Source: Selaginella moellendorffii (Eukaryota > Plantae > Lycopodiophyta). From it: a stretch of DNA of 64,000 nt. This document shows, piece by piece, positions 49,022-63,039 of this stretch. A program made the translations under genes and the position numbers. Within the stretch, counting starts at the first letter, position 1. Every line of letters starts with the position of its first letter. The stretch is taken from NCBI RefSeq assembly GCF_000143415.4, contig NW_003314406.1, positions 10,765 to 74,764 on the forward strand. The letters run 5' to 3'. The notes under the pieces were generated by a model. It was not told the origin of the DNA and made no database searches. It worked only from the letters and a program-made list of their open reading frames with translations.

Positions 49022-49460
49022 AGGCAAAAAATAACAGTCTGAGATGGCATGTATTTATTTAAAAATGTAACTTATTATGGCATGGGGTTCCATGCCATTG
49101 TATTAATATTAAAAGACAATTCTTTGAGAGGATTTGCATTATACTAGAAGTGTTACAGCATGTTATTGGAAGTCTACGAAGTTGTTTTATTAATAAGGGG
49201 AAAGTAAAGATTGAATGGGGACTTGGGCTCCACCTAGACTCGGAGCAACTGAGCCAATATTAAAAGGATGGAAAGAAATTGGACGACGATGACAAGGAGA
49301 AGAGAGAGGTGAAGCAGTGGCAGGGGGAGGAGAAGTGATTGAGTAGACATTTCCTTGTTTAAAATAAAATGGCATGTGCCTCAATGTAGTTGAATTTTGT
49401 TATATTTATATACTATATAAAGGTTTGGAAACCTTATTTTACAAGTGGGATAATGACAAT

Positions 49461-49484
49461 TCCCACTTTAATGAAATAGAGCTT
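49461..49484 (-). repeat. Right TIR
   Basis: TCCCACTTTAATGAAATAGAGCTT is the reverse complement of the left TIR except at one base; followed by ATTA. Confidence 0.9.
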
Positions 49485-52400
49485 ATTATAATTAAAGTTT
49501 GAACCTGCATAAAATTAACCATACCATTTGTTAACCATTTGTTAACTTGTATGGTTATGCTAATTTATGTTAAATATTCTTGAGCAAGCCTGCCTTAGAG
49601 GATACTCAAGCATTGTATTATATGCTAGATTATGCTATTTCCAGAAATCCTGCCAAGAGAGAAAAAGAAAAACTAACAAAGAATCTGATAATTGACTAAC
49701 AAAGAGAAAGGTACCGACTACTTGTAGTGATTAACATGAGTTGTCACAGAAACTTGTGATCTAGCAACCCTAGAATGCATGGTCAATAGAGATATCTGAA
49801 ACAAACCCTACATGCTAAAATTACTGCTATTGGCAATATATTCAATCACACTCATCTAAGGCACAAGTCCCAGCTTTGCTGGGAGTGTCATGTACATTTT
49901 TGTTATTTAGTAATTCTGAAAATTTCATATTCATCTTTATATTTGAAAAGTTCATACTAATCATAACATACATAACAATTCTAATATAAAAACACACATC
50001 AGAGATATTTAGCACCTTTAGTGGTTTGGACAAAACTGCCAATTTGGGATATATCATCATTCATCATACAAGTGTAATTAACTTTTATAATGTAGTATCA
50101 GAAATTAGATGGAGATATAGAAATATAAGTAGCTTTACATATGACAATTCATTTTCTTGATATGACAAGTCAGTTCCCATGTGTTCTTAACCAAACCCTA
50201 GTTAAAAAATCAAATGAGAATATCTATTAGATATCAACTGCTATTGTACAAATTATGTGTAGTACTGAACATCCAGCAGCAGCATTAACAACACTGATGC
50301 TAAGTGGTGGCAGAATTAGGAATGTCATATAACTTTGGTAAATCACCATAAATCATCATAGTAAATCACCATAGTATAAAGGGTGAAAACCACGTGTGCT
50401 ACAATAATTTCTCATACACAGAATAAATGCTAAATTGATATACTCATTATATTGAGAACTAACTTTTTATGTGTCATGAATCTATTATAGAGAATTAATT
50501 ATCATTATATAAGATCACAGTTACATTAATAATAATTTTTGTGATTGAGTTACTCTAGAGTAAATATATATTTTACAAACACTTCTTGATGCATCATAGT
50601 TATTTATAGTTAGATACAGAAGTTTTAGCTAATAAAATTTCCAAATATATATTTGCTGGGAGTGTCATGTACATTTCTGCTATTTAGTAATTTCTAAAAG
50701 TTTAAATTCATCTTTATATATAAAATGTTCATATTAATCTTAACATGCATAACAAACTTTTCTAAAATCTTTATCAAAAGGCTAACACTATTAGTCATAG
50801 TTTTTTAAAAATTAGTCTACTTTTCTAATAATATGCAGAAGGAGAAAATTAATGGATGAATCATGAGCTAAAAACCCCACTTTTATTAAATAATTAAAAT
50901 AATACATAATTACTCATAAATTATAAATTATTTATTAATATATTATCATTCTTGTCTGAAACTATATAATAGTGCAATAATGATTTGGAAATATTTAATT
51001 ATTTTAATAATTATAATTTGGAAATAACAAATAATATATTATTATATTATTTGTTGATAATATTCTACTTAAATATTTTTTTTAGTATTATAAATATTCT
51101 TTTATGAATAAATATATTTTAAAGGATTTTATAAATCTTCACTTTACTTTCTTATTAAATTTTCAAGTTTTAATAGATTTGGGCTTTCAAAGAATTATTT
51201 CTCTATATTTAGTAAATTTTAGTCAAGCTGATATAGAAATATTAGTGGTGTTAGTAGTGTTTCAATAACATTTTTGGAATTATTTTAAAAAAGCCCAACC
51301 GTCTATGGTCAGAGGCAATTATACAATTACATGGTTATTTGATCAAAGAAAAGCTAGAATGTTTTATATGGAGTTTTTTATATTCCTGTTTGATATATAA
51401 ATAGAAATACTATAATTATAAAATGGTTTTGGTTTTCTTATGTAAACGAAAAGGGTAGTTGATGTACCTAGATTATACTTAGATATTTGGGATATTCTAC
51501 TATCTAATAGTTGTTATTCATTAAGATTAGTCTTTTATTTATAATTTTGAAATGTGTTTAGAATTTATAGACTTTCCCAAATACATATTGTATACTCTAG
51601 TTTATTCTACCATCTAATAATTGATATACAATAAGATTAATCTTGCAAACTAAGTGTTTCTCTATGTAGCACACTGTTATTTCATGTTATATATCTGTGT
51701 TTGCCATAACAGGTTTTTAGTAACACAATTATCACAATGAAGGTTGAAACTCATATTCTTTACTGTTCATATATACTTTTTTGATATTTCATAGGGCTTG
51801 ATCTTCAGAGATACCAAGTAGCATTGGATACCATTCCATTGCATGTCCCACAACCAGAGCAAAATCACCATAAGACAATAACCAGCCTCAGCCTACTTTG
51901 GTCATATTATAGCAATAGATCATGGTGGTTCGATAATAGATCATTGTTCCCAGCAATCTCCTAATGTTTTGCATTACTATAAAGTTTATCAGTGGGTTCT
52001 GTTAAAGCTAGAAAACAGAGCAAGGACTTAAATCCATTAGCTGTAAATGAATTGTTACCTTCTTTTATAATATTCCAGCTCTAGGCAATGTGATATCTTA
52101 AAAATTGGGAAAAATAAAAAAGAACTACATCAAGGGCCTAAAGCTTCCATCTACTGCTCCATACTTCCTTGGAGATTGCCTTCCTTGTATAATTTCCTAT
52201 GCTCTACTCTAACAGCTAAGAAGACCTCCCCTAGTGAGCACATGTTTCCTTTGGAAGCTTGCTTTTGTTACTGCTGCTCTTACCAAAAGGACAAGAAGAG
52301 GTAAAAAAAACAATAAGAGGCCAGGTGAGCAATGAGGCCGTGGTTGTGAAGTGGAGGTGATAGGCTCTGCAGAAGTGGAAGATTGGGTTTTCAAGGCTGC

Positions 52401-53039
52401 AGAACTTAAGCCTCTAGTTGGAGACGTGACTCTGACTTTTGAACTCTCTTGCTTTATAAATCTGTGAAACAAAGAGCTAAACTTCCACTTTGGATTAACA
52501 ATAAAACTGGAAAAACAGGAACTTTAATGAACAGGAAAGCATGAGTGTGAGGCACTCACTACTTAGCACGTCGCTTGGATTAGCTCGTTCAGCTGGGTGT
52601 GAAGATATTTGGAATTCACCAGTGGACATCTTGAGCAGAGGCTGCCAGAGCAATGGTAGTCGGGTCTTTGGCAACTGGAGAGCTCAATCAATCTCTTTGG
52701 CTGAAGTTACTCTAGATTATTTTCAGTGGCTCCTCGATATTGATATCGATAAGATCGTTTGCTGGAAGGAACTCCTCAAGATCTTTGCGGACCAGTGATC
52801 GAACAGAGAGGGGTGCTCGGCTGTGATGTGTTACCACCACCACATTCTGCATAAACCCTAGCCTTAACCATTCCATCTCGTGGCCACTCTAGTCTCTGGG
52901 ACAAAGGATCTAGCTCGCGGCCACTCTGGTCTCCAGGACAAAGGATCCAGCTCCCAATCCGTGGTGGAGTCCATTCCATCCTCTTCTGTGACAACTGCCT
53001 AGAGTTAACAACTATTGTATTAAAACCATGCACAACGTG

Positions 53040-53180
53040 TCTAACGGCCTCACTCTTGTCGAGACCCATTCTGATGAGTGCATCCAACAGCTAATCTGAT
53101 CCATTGTGGAGGCAACAGCACAAGGAACTCCCGCTGAATAAAGAGCTGCCAGCCATTCTCGTGGGCCAGCACTTGCAAAA
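53040..53180 (-). pseudogene. HAD-like hydrolase (CbbY/At3g10970-like) exon fragment
   Basis: GPREWLAALYSAGVPCAVASTMD...MDALIRMGLDK. Confidence 0.65.
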
Positions 53181-53539
53181 CAAGTTTCATGACAAACTGT
53201 AAACCTTGGATAGCTCTGTATATTTCTGATAGCCAATTCATCAATCCATACTCCGCCCAAGCTAGCTGGGAAAACAATGTTACATTTCACTCTAACCTCT
53301 TCAGACTAACCACCCTTTCCAGGTCATGCTTGGAGGTACTACAAACGACCAATCGCCACTTCTCCTTATCCAGATCATCTCCAATAATTTTTTCTGCAAA
53401 ACAAAAAATCGATATAAAAAAGAGACCTTCCTCCAACGATGTCCCAGTCTCTGCAGTTCCTGGGACTTTGTCAAGTCGGGAGTGGACTTGTATGGCTGTA
53501 ACGCTTGAAAGCTGATGCCAGTCGGCACTCATGGCAAGA

Positions 53540-54160
53540 TCTAAACAAAAGGGACCTCAGCAGTAGTGATCTCGTCCAGGAGGGTGCCAAGAGCTGGTCG
53601 AGAGTGATCGGCAGCCTGTTGTCGCAGCCTGGGACTCTTGTGAGCCAGATTGTGCACGAGAATTACCAAGTCAAGACTTTATATGGATCTGCTCTCAACA
53701 AACCATTCTTCAGCTGCTCTTCTTCATATGATAGGTCCTATATGGAACCAATTGGTAAACCAATCAAAGCAGAGTAAGGAAGAAATTTTTACCTGAAAGT
53801 TAACGCCTACTGAATCTATGTATCCTACACTGCGTGAAACGCTTTCATGACAATTGATGTCTGGAAAAAAAATTGTTGATATCAGTGTTCATGCTATGCC
53901 ACCACAGTGCATAATATGGAGGTCTTTCCAGCACCCTGCCATGCCACTTGATTAGTAACATACGTGATTAATTAAAAAAAGTGATTTACCTCCAAACAAG
54001 AAGTCGTACCCATCTTAGTTTTCATAGACACGCTCTTCGTCACAGAGTTAGTGCTACATAGTATAGTAGCTTGACTTAGACCTTCCACAGAAATATTAAC
54101 AATCTTCACACCCTCACTGTCCACAAAACCTTTTCTACATGAGTTTTCAATTTTGTAGCA
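53540..54160 (-). pseudogene. Class-3 lipase family (At3g07400-like) C-terminal fragment, diverged paralog of 6470-6990
   Basis: EGLSQATILCST, GYIDSVGVNFQ and LDLVILVHNLAHKSPR...PALGTLLDE. It has nucleotide similarity to 6475-6700. Confidence 0.6.
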
Positions 54161-57100
54161 CGCCTGCACATTACCTGACGAGAATGAGCAACAAGACCTT
54201 GAGCAGCTCATCGTCTGAGGAACCAGAGGAGATGACTCAGATGCTGGAGCTGGTTGTCATCCCAGATTGGTTCTTCACTTCTCTGGAATTTTTTCTGGGC
54301 TACGAGAAGAGTGCCTCCATGGTTTATAGTCAGGTATATTGAGTTGCCTCCCATTAATCGATGAGAAGTTCTACTGCTAACCTCTTCCAGAGTTTTTGGT
54401 GCGGCTCCTTGAGAATCACTGGAGGATAATAACCAGAGGATGCAGCACCGTCTTCTTCTTCTCCTTGCTCTTGGCTGGAGGTGCTAAGAAAAGAAGCATT
54501 CATAATTCCAGATTTACCTACCAATCCGTGGAAGGCAGAGAAAAATATAAATTGAGAAACAAAAAGAGAAAATGCCAATCGGCGAAGAATTGGGCATCGA
54601 ATTCTAACCTCCAATGGAAAATATAAGTAGTCTGCAAGAACAGAATCCAGGAGACAGTACATCTGCCCGCTGCCTCTCCCATCGCTGAACGCATTTTTTC
54701 CAGCCCTAAAAAGCCACATAAAATTTTTCTCTGATTTGAAACGACATGACCTTTGACAAGTAAATCTTGGCCGTTAGATCTCAGCATATATTTAAATATA
54801 TGAGTACTAGCAGAGATCCCAGCTCCGCTGGGAGATATAGCATACTCAAGATAAATAGATCTTCTCTTCTAATTTTACAATGTTAAGAATTTTCTGCATA
54901 CAAGGTTAAATTTATCTAAATTTAGTAGGAACAGGCACAGGGATAGGAGTTGGTGTTGGAGCAGGCGCAAGAGTAGGAGCAAGAACAGGGGGTTACTGGT
55001 TACAGGTTACAGGTCCTCAGTTACTACTATTCATCTCCAGAGTAATGCACAATAATGCAATTAATGCAATTAGATAATAATGCATGTGTTGGGGAAGATA
55101 AGCTAAGTTTTTTTATCATCATGAAATTTGAATTTGAATTTGTTTTTATTGCTTTTATAAAAAGGTACACAACCCTAAACACATCCACAAAATTGCTGCC
55201 AAGCTTTAAAAACAATTGAGTTTTCACAAAATCAAAGAATTATAGACTACCAACGAATAATAGGTTTTGTCACTGATTTGGTGAAGCAATAAGTTTAATT
55301 GTGTACTGAGTAAACTTATTTATTATCTGAACTGTAATAATGCTTTTAACATTCATTGTTTACTAAATAATAATAGAATTTCTATTACATTTCTCATTTT
55401 TCATTTAAAAACATACATAAGTAAATTTATCCAGATTGAAGAAATGTATAATACTTCCTTGGAACACAGGAGATAATAAGATAATGTAATTTCTCTGAAA
55501 ACATTTTGATTATGCAATACTTTAAAAGAAATATTTGAACTATAGTTATAAGGTGAGTGAGAACCACCAATTTCGTCATCCATTTTATATACATAAAGAA
55601 AAAAACTGTCCTTTATTGGCTATTACTTGTGCCAAAAGTTTGGTTTAGTTCTGTATCTATAAAAGATCTAAAGTAAGCTGTTGGGGGTTTTGTTTTACAT
55701 TTTTCCTTGTGTATTCAGAGGTTTTGCTCTTATATAATAGATAAATAATCTTCAAGGCTCCTTGTGCTAATGTAGAAATAATATTGTGTAATGACAAATC
55801 ATAGAAGATGAAAAAAGATAAAGTAAAATATTAAAGCTCTAATTTTACCATCCATCTAGAGACATAAAAATCTATTTCAAGAAAATCTCACACAAGAGAA
55901 CCTTCATAGATCTTCTTAAACAAATATTATCATTCATATCATGAAATAAATAGATTTTTCAAAACATAAACAAAAGATAAAAATAAGAAATTAGATCTAA
56001 TGTATTACAATATTCATCAATAAAATCACAACATCTAATATATTTTATAAAAATAAATAAATTATAATTATCAACATATAATCAATATATAAAACTATTT
56101 CAGTAAGGAAATTATAAAAAGGACATATAATACAGCTTTTTACAGCTGGCACTTGTATTTATTTTAAGATGGATCTTGTAAAAACTAATCTTGAAGAAAC
56201 AAAATGATTTGAAAAATTAATCTTATTTAGAAAAATAAAAATATTTTGAGTTATGCTCATGAATTTCTTGTTTCTCATGTATATATCACCAAATATTTCT
56301 TTAAATATTAAAAAGTAATTAATTTCAAATATTAATACTAATATGGATTTCAAAAGAGTAGTAACATCTTTATATTTTCTTTCTCGCATCAAATTCCAAA
56401 GAAATTATCTGCTTTTTAACTAAAAACCTTCTACAAACTTAATATTAAATTCTTATATTTTAATATTCAAATTCACTACCAGAGATTTGCATTATTATTA
56501 AACCCACTAAGTAAATTTATCCAAATTGCTACCATATTTTAGTTAAACTTCACAACGATAGACAATGGTTCATGGTATCTAATAGGTATAAGGTATCTCA
56601 TACATATATAAATATCAAATCCATTTGTTAATGATATCTCAAAAAGATACCTCCTCTATATTTTATTTTAGTCTTTTTGCAAATAACCTTGTTTAATCTG
56701 CCAGCAGCTTTAAATAAGTTACCTGAGAGCTGTTCCCCAACCATGATTAAAATATCCAGTTAGTTCAAAAGGGTAAATTAGGTTTAAAAAAAATACAGAA
56801 GTTGATGGTTTCCAAGTAGAGCATAATTATTTTGTTAAAAATTTGTATAAAAATGGTTATTTGATGCAATTACTTATATTTTAACTTGGCTATTTAATTT
56901 TATAATTTAATTTGATTTATTTTTTCATCTTTAAAATGTCAATTTTTTTAAAGAAAACTTTATTATGGGATATCACACTTGAAGAACCTAATTACAGAAG
57001 GTATATTTTTAAAACCTTTTAAATGAATACACATGGAGAAAAATACAAATCCAAAATCTTTAATACAAATGAAGATTTTTATGGAAGAAAAATATAAATT

Positions 57101-58329
57101 GTGAATTGTGAATTATTCAAAACCAACACATTGCACTAATGGAATATATTCGACCTTAATTTTGTCATGTAATATAAATATATACATGAATGTAGTCAAA
57201 TTTTAGTAACTATTGATGTTTATGTACAAATTTATGGAGAATTTAGAATTACTCATAAATGTTCTTCACATAACTATTTTTGATCATGGCCAACTTTCAA
57301 GAAATGAGACTCCTTCTGAGTCTAAAATATTTGCAAATTCAACATCTCAGAGAGCTAAAATAAAAAAAACTATTAAAGTTAATTTATATGATAGTATATA
57401 CTCTGTTAAAGTTTAAGTATTTATGAAATTTAGTTTAATCAAGATTAGTTAAAGTATTTGGTAGAATTAAGTTTCAAAATATTTTTATCTTTTTAATTTT
57501 AGTATATTTTTTAAAATTCTCATTTACATTTGGTAAATAGACCACGTTTATAAATTTAAAAGTTTCAGCTAAACTATTAAGCAACTAATGTAACATATCT
57601 TATAAATATTCTCAAAACTTTCAGATGTGTAATATTGATGTTTTAATTTAATTTATTGAAGATACTGCTTTTAAAATACTTTTATTGTACCTAATCACTA
57701 TAAACTCTTTTAAGATATTTATATTAGAAATTTAGGCAATCTAAATAAAGTTAAGATAAACAATTTAAACAAAAAAATGATAAACAATTTAACAAACATA
57801 TTTACAACAAGACATAGATGGAATTATTATCTTGAGAAATGGTGATGATATCATATTAACTAAAACACTTTGAATGGTTATGTGATACTTAGCTTATTTA
57901 TTTAAGTTTTATACTATGAAATATAAACACATTTATAACAAGTAAAAAGTTCAGCACATTTAGAAAGACCACTGAAAAGTATTTACTATTTTTTTATAAT
58001 AGCTTGTTATATATGTTGACATAGCAATTGGCTTCTCTACTAAAATAGTAATATATGTGGCATGATCTAATTTATCATGCATCTTGAAGTTAAAATATCA
58101 ATAGATTAATATATGTTTGTCCATATATATGTAATTAAGAGAAAAGTAAGCTTATCTAAATATATTTGTGAACATAATAAGGATTTATATCAATCTGCTT
58201 TAAAACATTTACACTTTATTTGTTAATATTTTCTTATTATTTTTAATATTTAATTCAGATATTATTTACAAGATTAGATGAAATCTCCATACCGTAAGTG
58301 CTGCTAGGATAGTTGATCAATCCAGCAAA

Positions 58330-58480
58330 CTGGTGCAGTGCTGGGGCTGCTGGAACGGTCCCAGCACGAGCTCAGATTCCCCGTTCTGCGCGTATCCCAG
58401 CATGAGAGCGCTCCAGGAGATGAGATTCTGGCTGGGCATGGTGTCAAAGACCTGGCCATGCTGCCACATTGGATTGGGTC
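58330..58480 (-). pseudogene. PLS-class PPR repeat fragment
   Basis: QVFDTMPSQNLISWSALMLGYAQNGESELVL. Confidence 0.8.
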
Positions 58481-59739
58481 GCATTGCCATGGATGATTCT
58501 TCCTCGCTGGAGATCCGCCTGCTGAGATATTCGTTGAGCGCCAGAAGCGAGACGACACAGATGAAAACTAAAGCGAGAGACAATGTAATCAAATTCCAAG
58601 GTTTTGCTTCTTGATCCAGTGATCACCCGGCAACATGTTGTCTAGCGTCTGGCTGCATGGCTTGCGCTTGCCAGGCTTGTGAGGGATTAGCGAGCAGCAT
58701 CTCTCGCCGATCAGCAAGAATTGCGTATTGCAGCCTCTTTGCACTCTCCTTGCTGCTCGCACGGATGCTGCGTGACCTCACGTGAGAAAATCCCGTGTAA
58801 GTTCTTATGATGTGCAACAACACCTTATCTTTTTTTTGCTTGTGGCAGGGATCAATCACTTCCCTTACTCGCCTGGCAAGGATTGGTTTGGCACACAATC
58901 TGTTCTATGCATGAGCTTTGGGAGTTTGGAGATGATAAGCTTGATCCTTCAGTTGCCACGATGCCAAGAGTCCCTGTGATTGCTTTGGTACTTAACTCCA
59001 GACATAAGCAGCTCGTCTGGTCTCACTGTGCTTTGCCTCATCCTTCTTCCCAATGACATTGTGGATGCTGACGGTAAATCTAGTGCTTTTTTCTTCGATT
59101 TACAACCATAGTTTCTTTGTTCTTCTGGCAGGAAGACTCTCGACATACAACTGGAATGCATGGATTTCCACATCTTCTTGGCCACAGTGTACAAACAACT
59201 ACGTCCTTATTCTATGCAGCAGCCTTCTGATTCGGCAGAAAATCAAGTAAGTCTTCTATAAAACAGATCAGGAGGCAAAAGGCTATAAATTTGAAAATGG
59301 TGCAGAGACAATGAGAATGCAAAATGCTGCAACTCTGTGTAACATAACGTGCTATAAGTCAGATTGGTGGCGTTGTCGAGCACGTAAATTCCTAGCCAAA
59401 TAACATTATGTTGTATCATGTAATTTTATTTTGATCTGAGTTTCAAGGGTGGTATTTTCGATAACCTATTTTGTGACTCTCAACAACATGCTTCAGATTC
59501 AATAAAACCATTTTGAAAGACAAATGGGTCTGGTAGTAGCTCACAGTTCATTTCACACTGCCTGGTGTTCATTGTTTTGTAATGTGATACAATCTTGACT
59601 CTGAAAGAAGTTTATTTGATCTTTTTTTATATCTTATGCTTCTCAGCTTCTCTTGATTAGCCTCGCAATTGGAAGACCTTTAACTCAAGGGCCATTACCT
59701 TATTTTGCAGCTGCTGTAGCTCTGAGTCTTTTGCCACAG

Positions 59740-60700
59740 AGGGTTTCTGCATGGAACCAATAGGTAGACCAATCAAAGCCAAGTAAGAAAGAAACTTTTA
59801 CCTACAAGTTAATGCTTGCCACATCTATGTATCCTACACCGCATGAAACGCCACTCCATGTCTGGAAAAAAACCGTCAGTATCATGCTAATGCCACCACC
59901 CTGGCCCATCAATGCATAATGTAGAGATGTCTTTCCAACACCCTGTCGTGCCACCTGATTAATAACATAAGTGAAAAAACTACATGATTTAGTTATGCGA
60001 TGGTAAACACCAGGCATATATAGCTCAAAATTGTAGACCAATTTTGCTGCACTACATACACTGTCACCAAAAGTCAAAGTGCGATTCTCCAAGGCCAGAG
60101 CAAGACTGCAAAATACAACACGTCAAGGCTAATCAATCCTCAGTTATATTACCTGGTAGAGTTTCCTCCAAGGATCCCCTTGCAACTGAAGCGGTCCCTG
60201 GGATCCACAACACCCTTCATTGCGTTCATGCTGGGCTGTCAATGGCTCCATAGACAGTAGCTCGAAGCCACATGATGTGTGCATGCCAGAAGAGAGTTCA
60301 CCTGTGTGAATCCATGGTGAAGTTGTAGAGGAACTATTAGCCTCGCTTGAGAGGACATAGCTGGGCTATCGAACCAGGGATTCCTCAATTGCCAGATTCC
60401 ATACTTGTGAAAGAGCATTAGATCACAGAATGTTTTGGAAATTTTGAGACCACTCATCACCAATGGATTGACATCTGCCAGTGTTCGTTACTGTGATGAG
60501 AAGCCTATCACCGACGTTGGCATAGATGGTTGGTCCTGGGAGCTTGCCATTGACAGTGATAATGTTCTTTGTTCTTCCCAGCCGCCTCACCATCAAGCTT
60601 ACAGCCTGGGTGGTGGCAATTCAATGAGCTTTTGATGCATATTTAAGCAAACTAACCTTGAAGTCATAGACTCTGGTTGTTTCATTCTGAGCAGCCACCA
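59740..60700 (-). pseudogene. Second copy of the fused laccase and lipase-3/P-loop fragments
   Basis: Near identical to 6470-7440. Confidence 0.75.
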
Positions 60701-62706
60701 GATCATAGCTCCAGGAAGTGAGGAAAGAGAAGACCACAACTGCGAGGCACTCTAGGAATTAGCTAATGCGTGGAAGAGTTCGCATAGCTCTGTTCTTCCA
60801 CTGTCTCCCTTACCAGGACTTGTTCACATGGTGCACTTGAGATCACGCTTGCTTGAATGTCCAATCTACACCAAGTAAGTGTGAGAAGGCTGATATATAT
60901 AGAGAGCGATCTGCAAGCACAAGTTTGTGAGCACGGCAGTATGTGACTTTTTCTTTGGAGTAGACATCCACACCTGTCAAGCATTTAAAATTGTAATAAG
61001 TCATTGCCAACTTTAAAAAACGGCTCATGTTTAAACTTCAAAAACACTAACATTGAAATTTCGTCATTAATTTGGCAATTAAAAATCCGCCACTTCAATC
61101 ACTTTGCCCAAGTTGCCACAATGAACTTGCACAGAAGGGCTCTATTCTATTTCTGATATTTACTTTTGAAACTGTTTTACAATTTTGCAATAGTTATGAG
61201 AATCATGGGTAGTGGTTTGATCATGTCCTCAGCAGATACAACATGAAAGCTTCTTGCCTGAGCCGCGTGTATAGTGGTGATGCTTGTTGCTTTCATGGAA
61301 ACGAGGAAAGCAAAAGAGTGAAATAGGTTGTCTTTATTTTCAACATGAAAGCTTCTTGCCTGAGCCATGTGTATAGTGGTGATGCTTCTCGCTTTCATGG
61401 AAACAAGGAAAGCAAAAGAATAAAATAGGTTGTCTTTATTTTCAAATTTTTGTCTGCCAGTTCGAACATTCAGATGCGACAGAAAAGATAATGTAGGAGA
61501 ATAAACGGACATCAGAAATAGGAAATTGAATAGCCTGAAATGAAATTCGTTTTGTGTGAAGTCATTATACCTTTCGTCATCAGAGGTTGAGTTTGTCTAC
61601 TTTTACGAATTATTTTATATCAGTCTTCTAAAATCTTCCAATGCTGTCTGGAAATGGATTCTTGTTCAGGATTTGTGTGAGGTTTTTGAAGCTTGGAAAA
61701 TAAATTATCTGTCAATTCAGGCACATACCTTTCCTCTTCTTGCCTTTCTAGCCAGCGCTGTGGCATCTGCCGCTGCAAGAGTTTTAGAAACCAGGCAGCA
61801 ATGAGAGAATACGCAGTTCAAAAGCACCTAATTCTTTGATGTGAAATTACCAAGTCGTTTGGTCATGTGTATAGCTCTCAGAAAATTGTGGCAATCCTTT
61901 GGGTGAAGAAATAATTCCAAGCTTTGAGCCCTTTTGTTGTCGTCATGTCGTAAAGGATGAAATAAAAAGTGATGTCAGGCTACCACGGGCAGCACCAATT
62001 CGCGTGGTCTTGTAGAACAGCTTTTCACACTCGTCCTCTTTGGAGGTTAAAATATGTTCATATTGCAAGGGAACACACAAGAGTAAATGGGAAGGAAATG
62101 AAACAATAAAAAAACTTCAAGCATACCTGGCCTGGAGTTAATGTCTCACCCATTTATTTTAACAGGAGAGAATGGGCTCCCACTCGTGAAAGGGCACGTC
62201 CTGTGTGTGTTTCAGTGCCTCTNNNNNNNNNNNNNNNNNNNNNNNNNNNNNNNNNNNNNNNNNNNNNNNNNNNNNNNNNNNNNNNNNNNNNNNNNNNNNN
62301 NNNNNNNNNNNNNNNNNNNNNNNNNNNNNNNNNNNNNNNNNNNNNNNNNNNNNNNNNNNNNNNNNNNNNNNNNNNNNNNNNNNNNNNNNNNNNNNNNNNN
62401 NNNNNNNNNNNNNNNNNNNNNNNNNNNNNNNNNNNNNNNNNNNNNNNNNNNNNNNNNNNNNNNNNNNNNNNNNNNNNNNNNNNNNNNNNNNNNNNNNNNN
62501 NNNNNNNNNNNNNNNNNNNNNNNNNNNNNNNNNNNNNNNNNNNNNNNNNNNNNNNNNNNNNNNNNNNNNNNNNNNNNNNNNNNNNNNNNNNNNNNNNNNN
62601 NNNNNNNNNNNNNNNNNNNNNNNNNNNNNNNNNNNNNNNNNNNNNNNNNNNNNNNNNNNAGAGAGAGAGAGAGAGAGACAGACGACGACGACGAGGAGGA
62701 GGAGGA

Positions 62707-62818
<112 letters not shown>

Positions 62819-63039
62819 CACAATTTGTTGGATCGCCCTAAAAGATTTTGCTTGATTTGGAGCGTCATCAAATTCAAGATTGAAGCGTTGCCACCCTTTT
62901 GGCATGTGATCTATGCCATCTATTTGAAGTTTTTGAATTTCAGCTGTTAGATTATAAGTATATTCAGAAATAATATTCTAAAAATGGAATAAAAGACGCC
63001 GGATGCCATATGCCAATAGCACGTTTAAATAAGGGAGTA

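Larger units (their letters stand above)
36054..49098. repeat. Dispersed 22-bp palindrome ATGGCRTG-N6-CAYGCCAT, about 26 copies
   Basis: Copies start at 36054, 36370, 36459, 37057, 37217, 37363, 38705, 38762, 40608, 40678, 40714 (perfect palindrome), 41401, 42258, 42337, 42496, 42715, 43468, 43545, 43605, 44882, 46354, 46495, 46686, 47925, 48000 and 49077. Partial copies lie near 36867, 41329 and 49369. Confidence 0.92.
35828..49484. mobile_element. Complete 13,657-bp Sola-like cut-and-paste DNA transposon
   Basis: 24-bp TIRs with 1 mismatch, a 4-bp TSD ATTA (35824-35827 and 49485-49488), a DDD transposase, and a higher GC content than the flanks. Confidence 0.88.
32857..54806 (-). mobile_element. 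Helitron-like unit H5, host of the Sola-like element
   Basis: CTAG at 32857-32860 plus hairpin CCCAGCTACGCTGGG; 5' end TACTCATATATTTAAA at 54806. Confidence 0.65.

Noticed and set aside
36054-49098. CRISPR array or bacterial REP elements suggested by the palindromes
   Set aside because: Spacing is irregular, there are no uniform spacers or cas genes, and the context is eukaryotic with spliceosomal introns.
35828-49484. Bacterial, phage or viral contamination, or a Maverick/giant-virus insertion
   Set aside because: The region has clean TIRs and a TSD within plant repeat DNA and GT-AG introns. I recognised no polymerase, capsid or integrase motifs.
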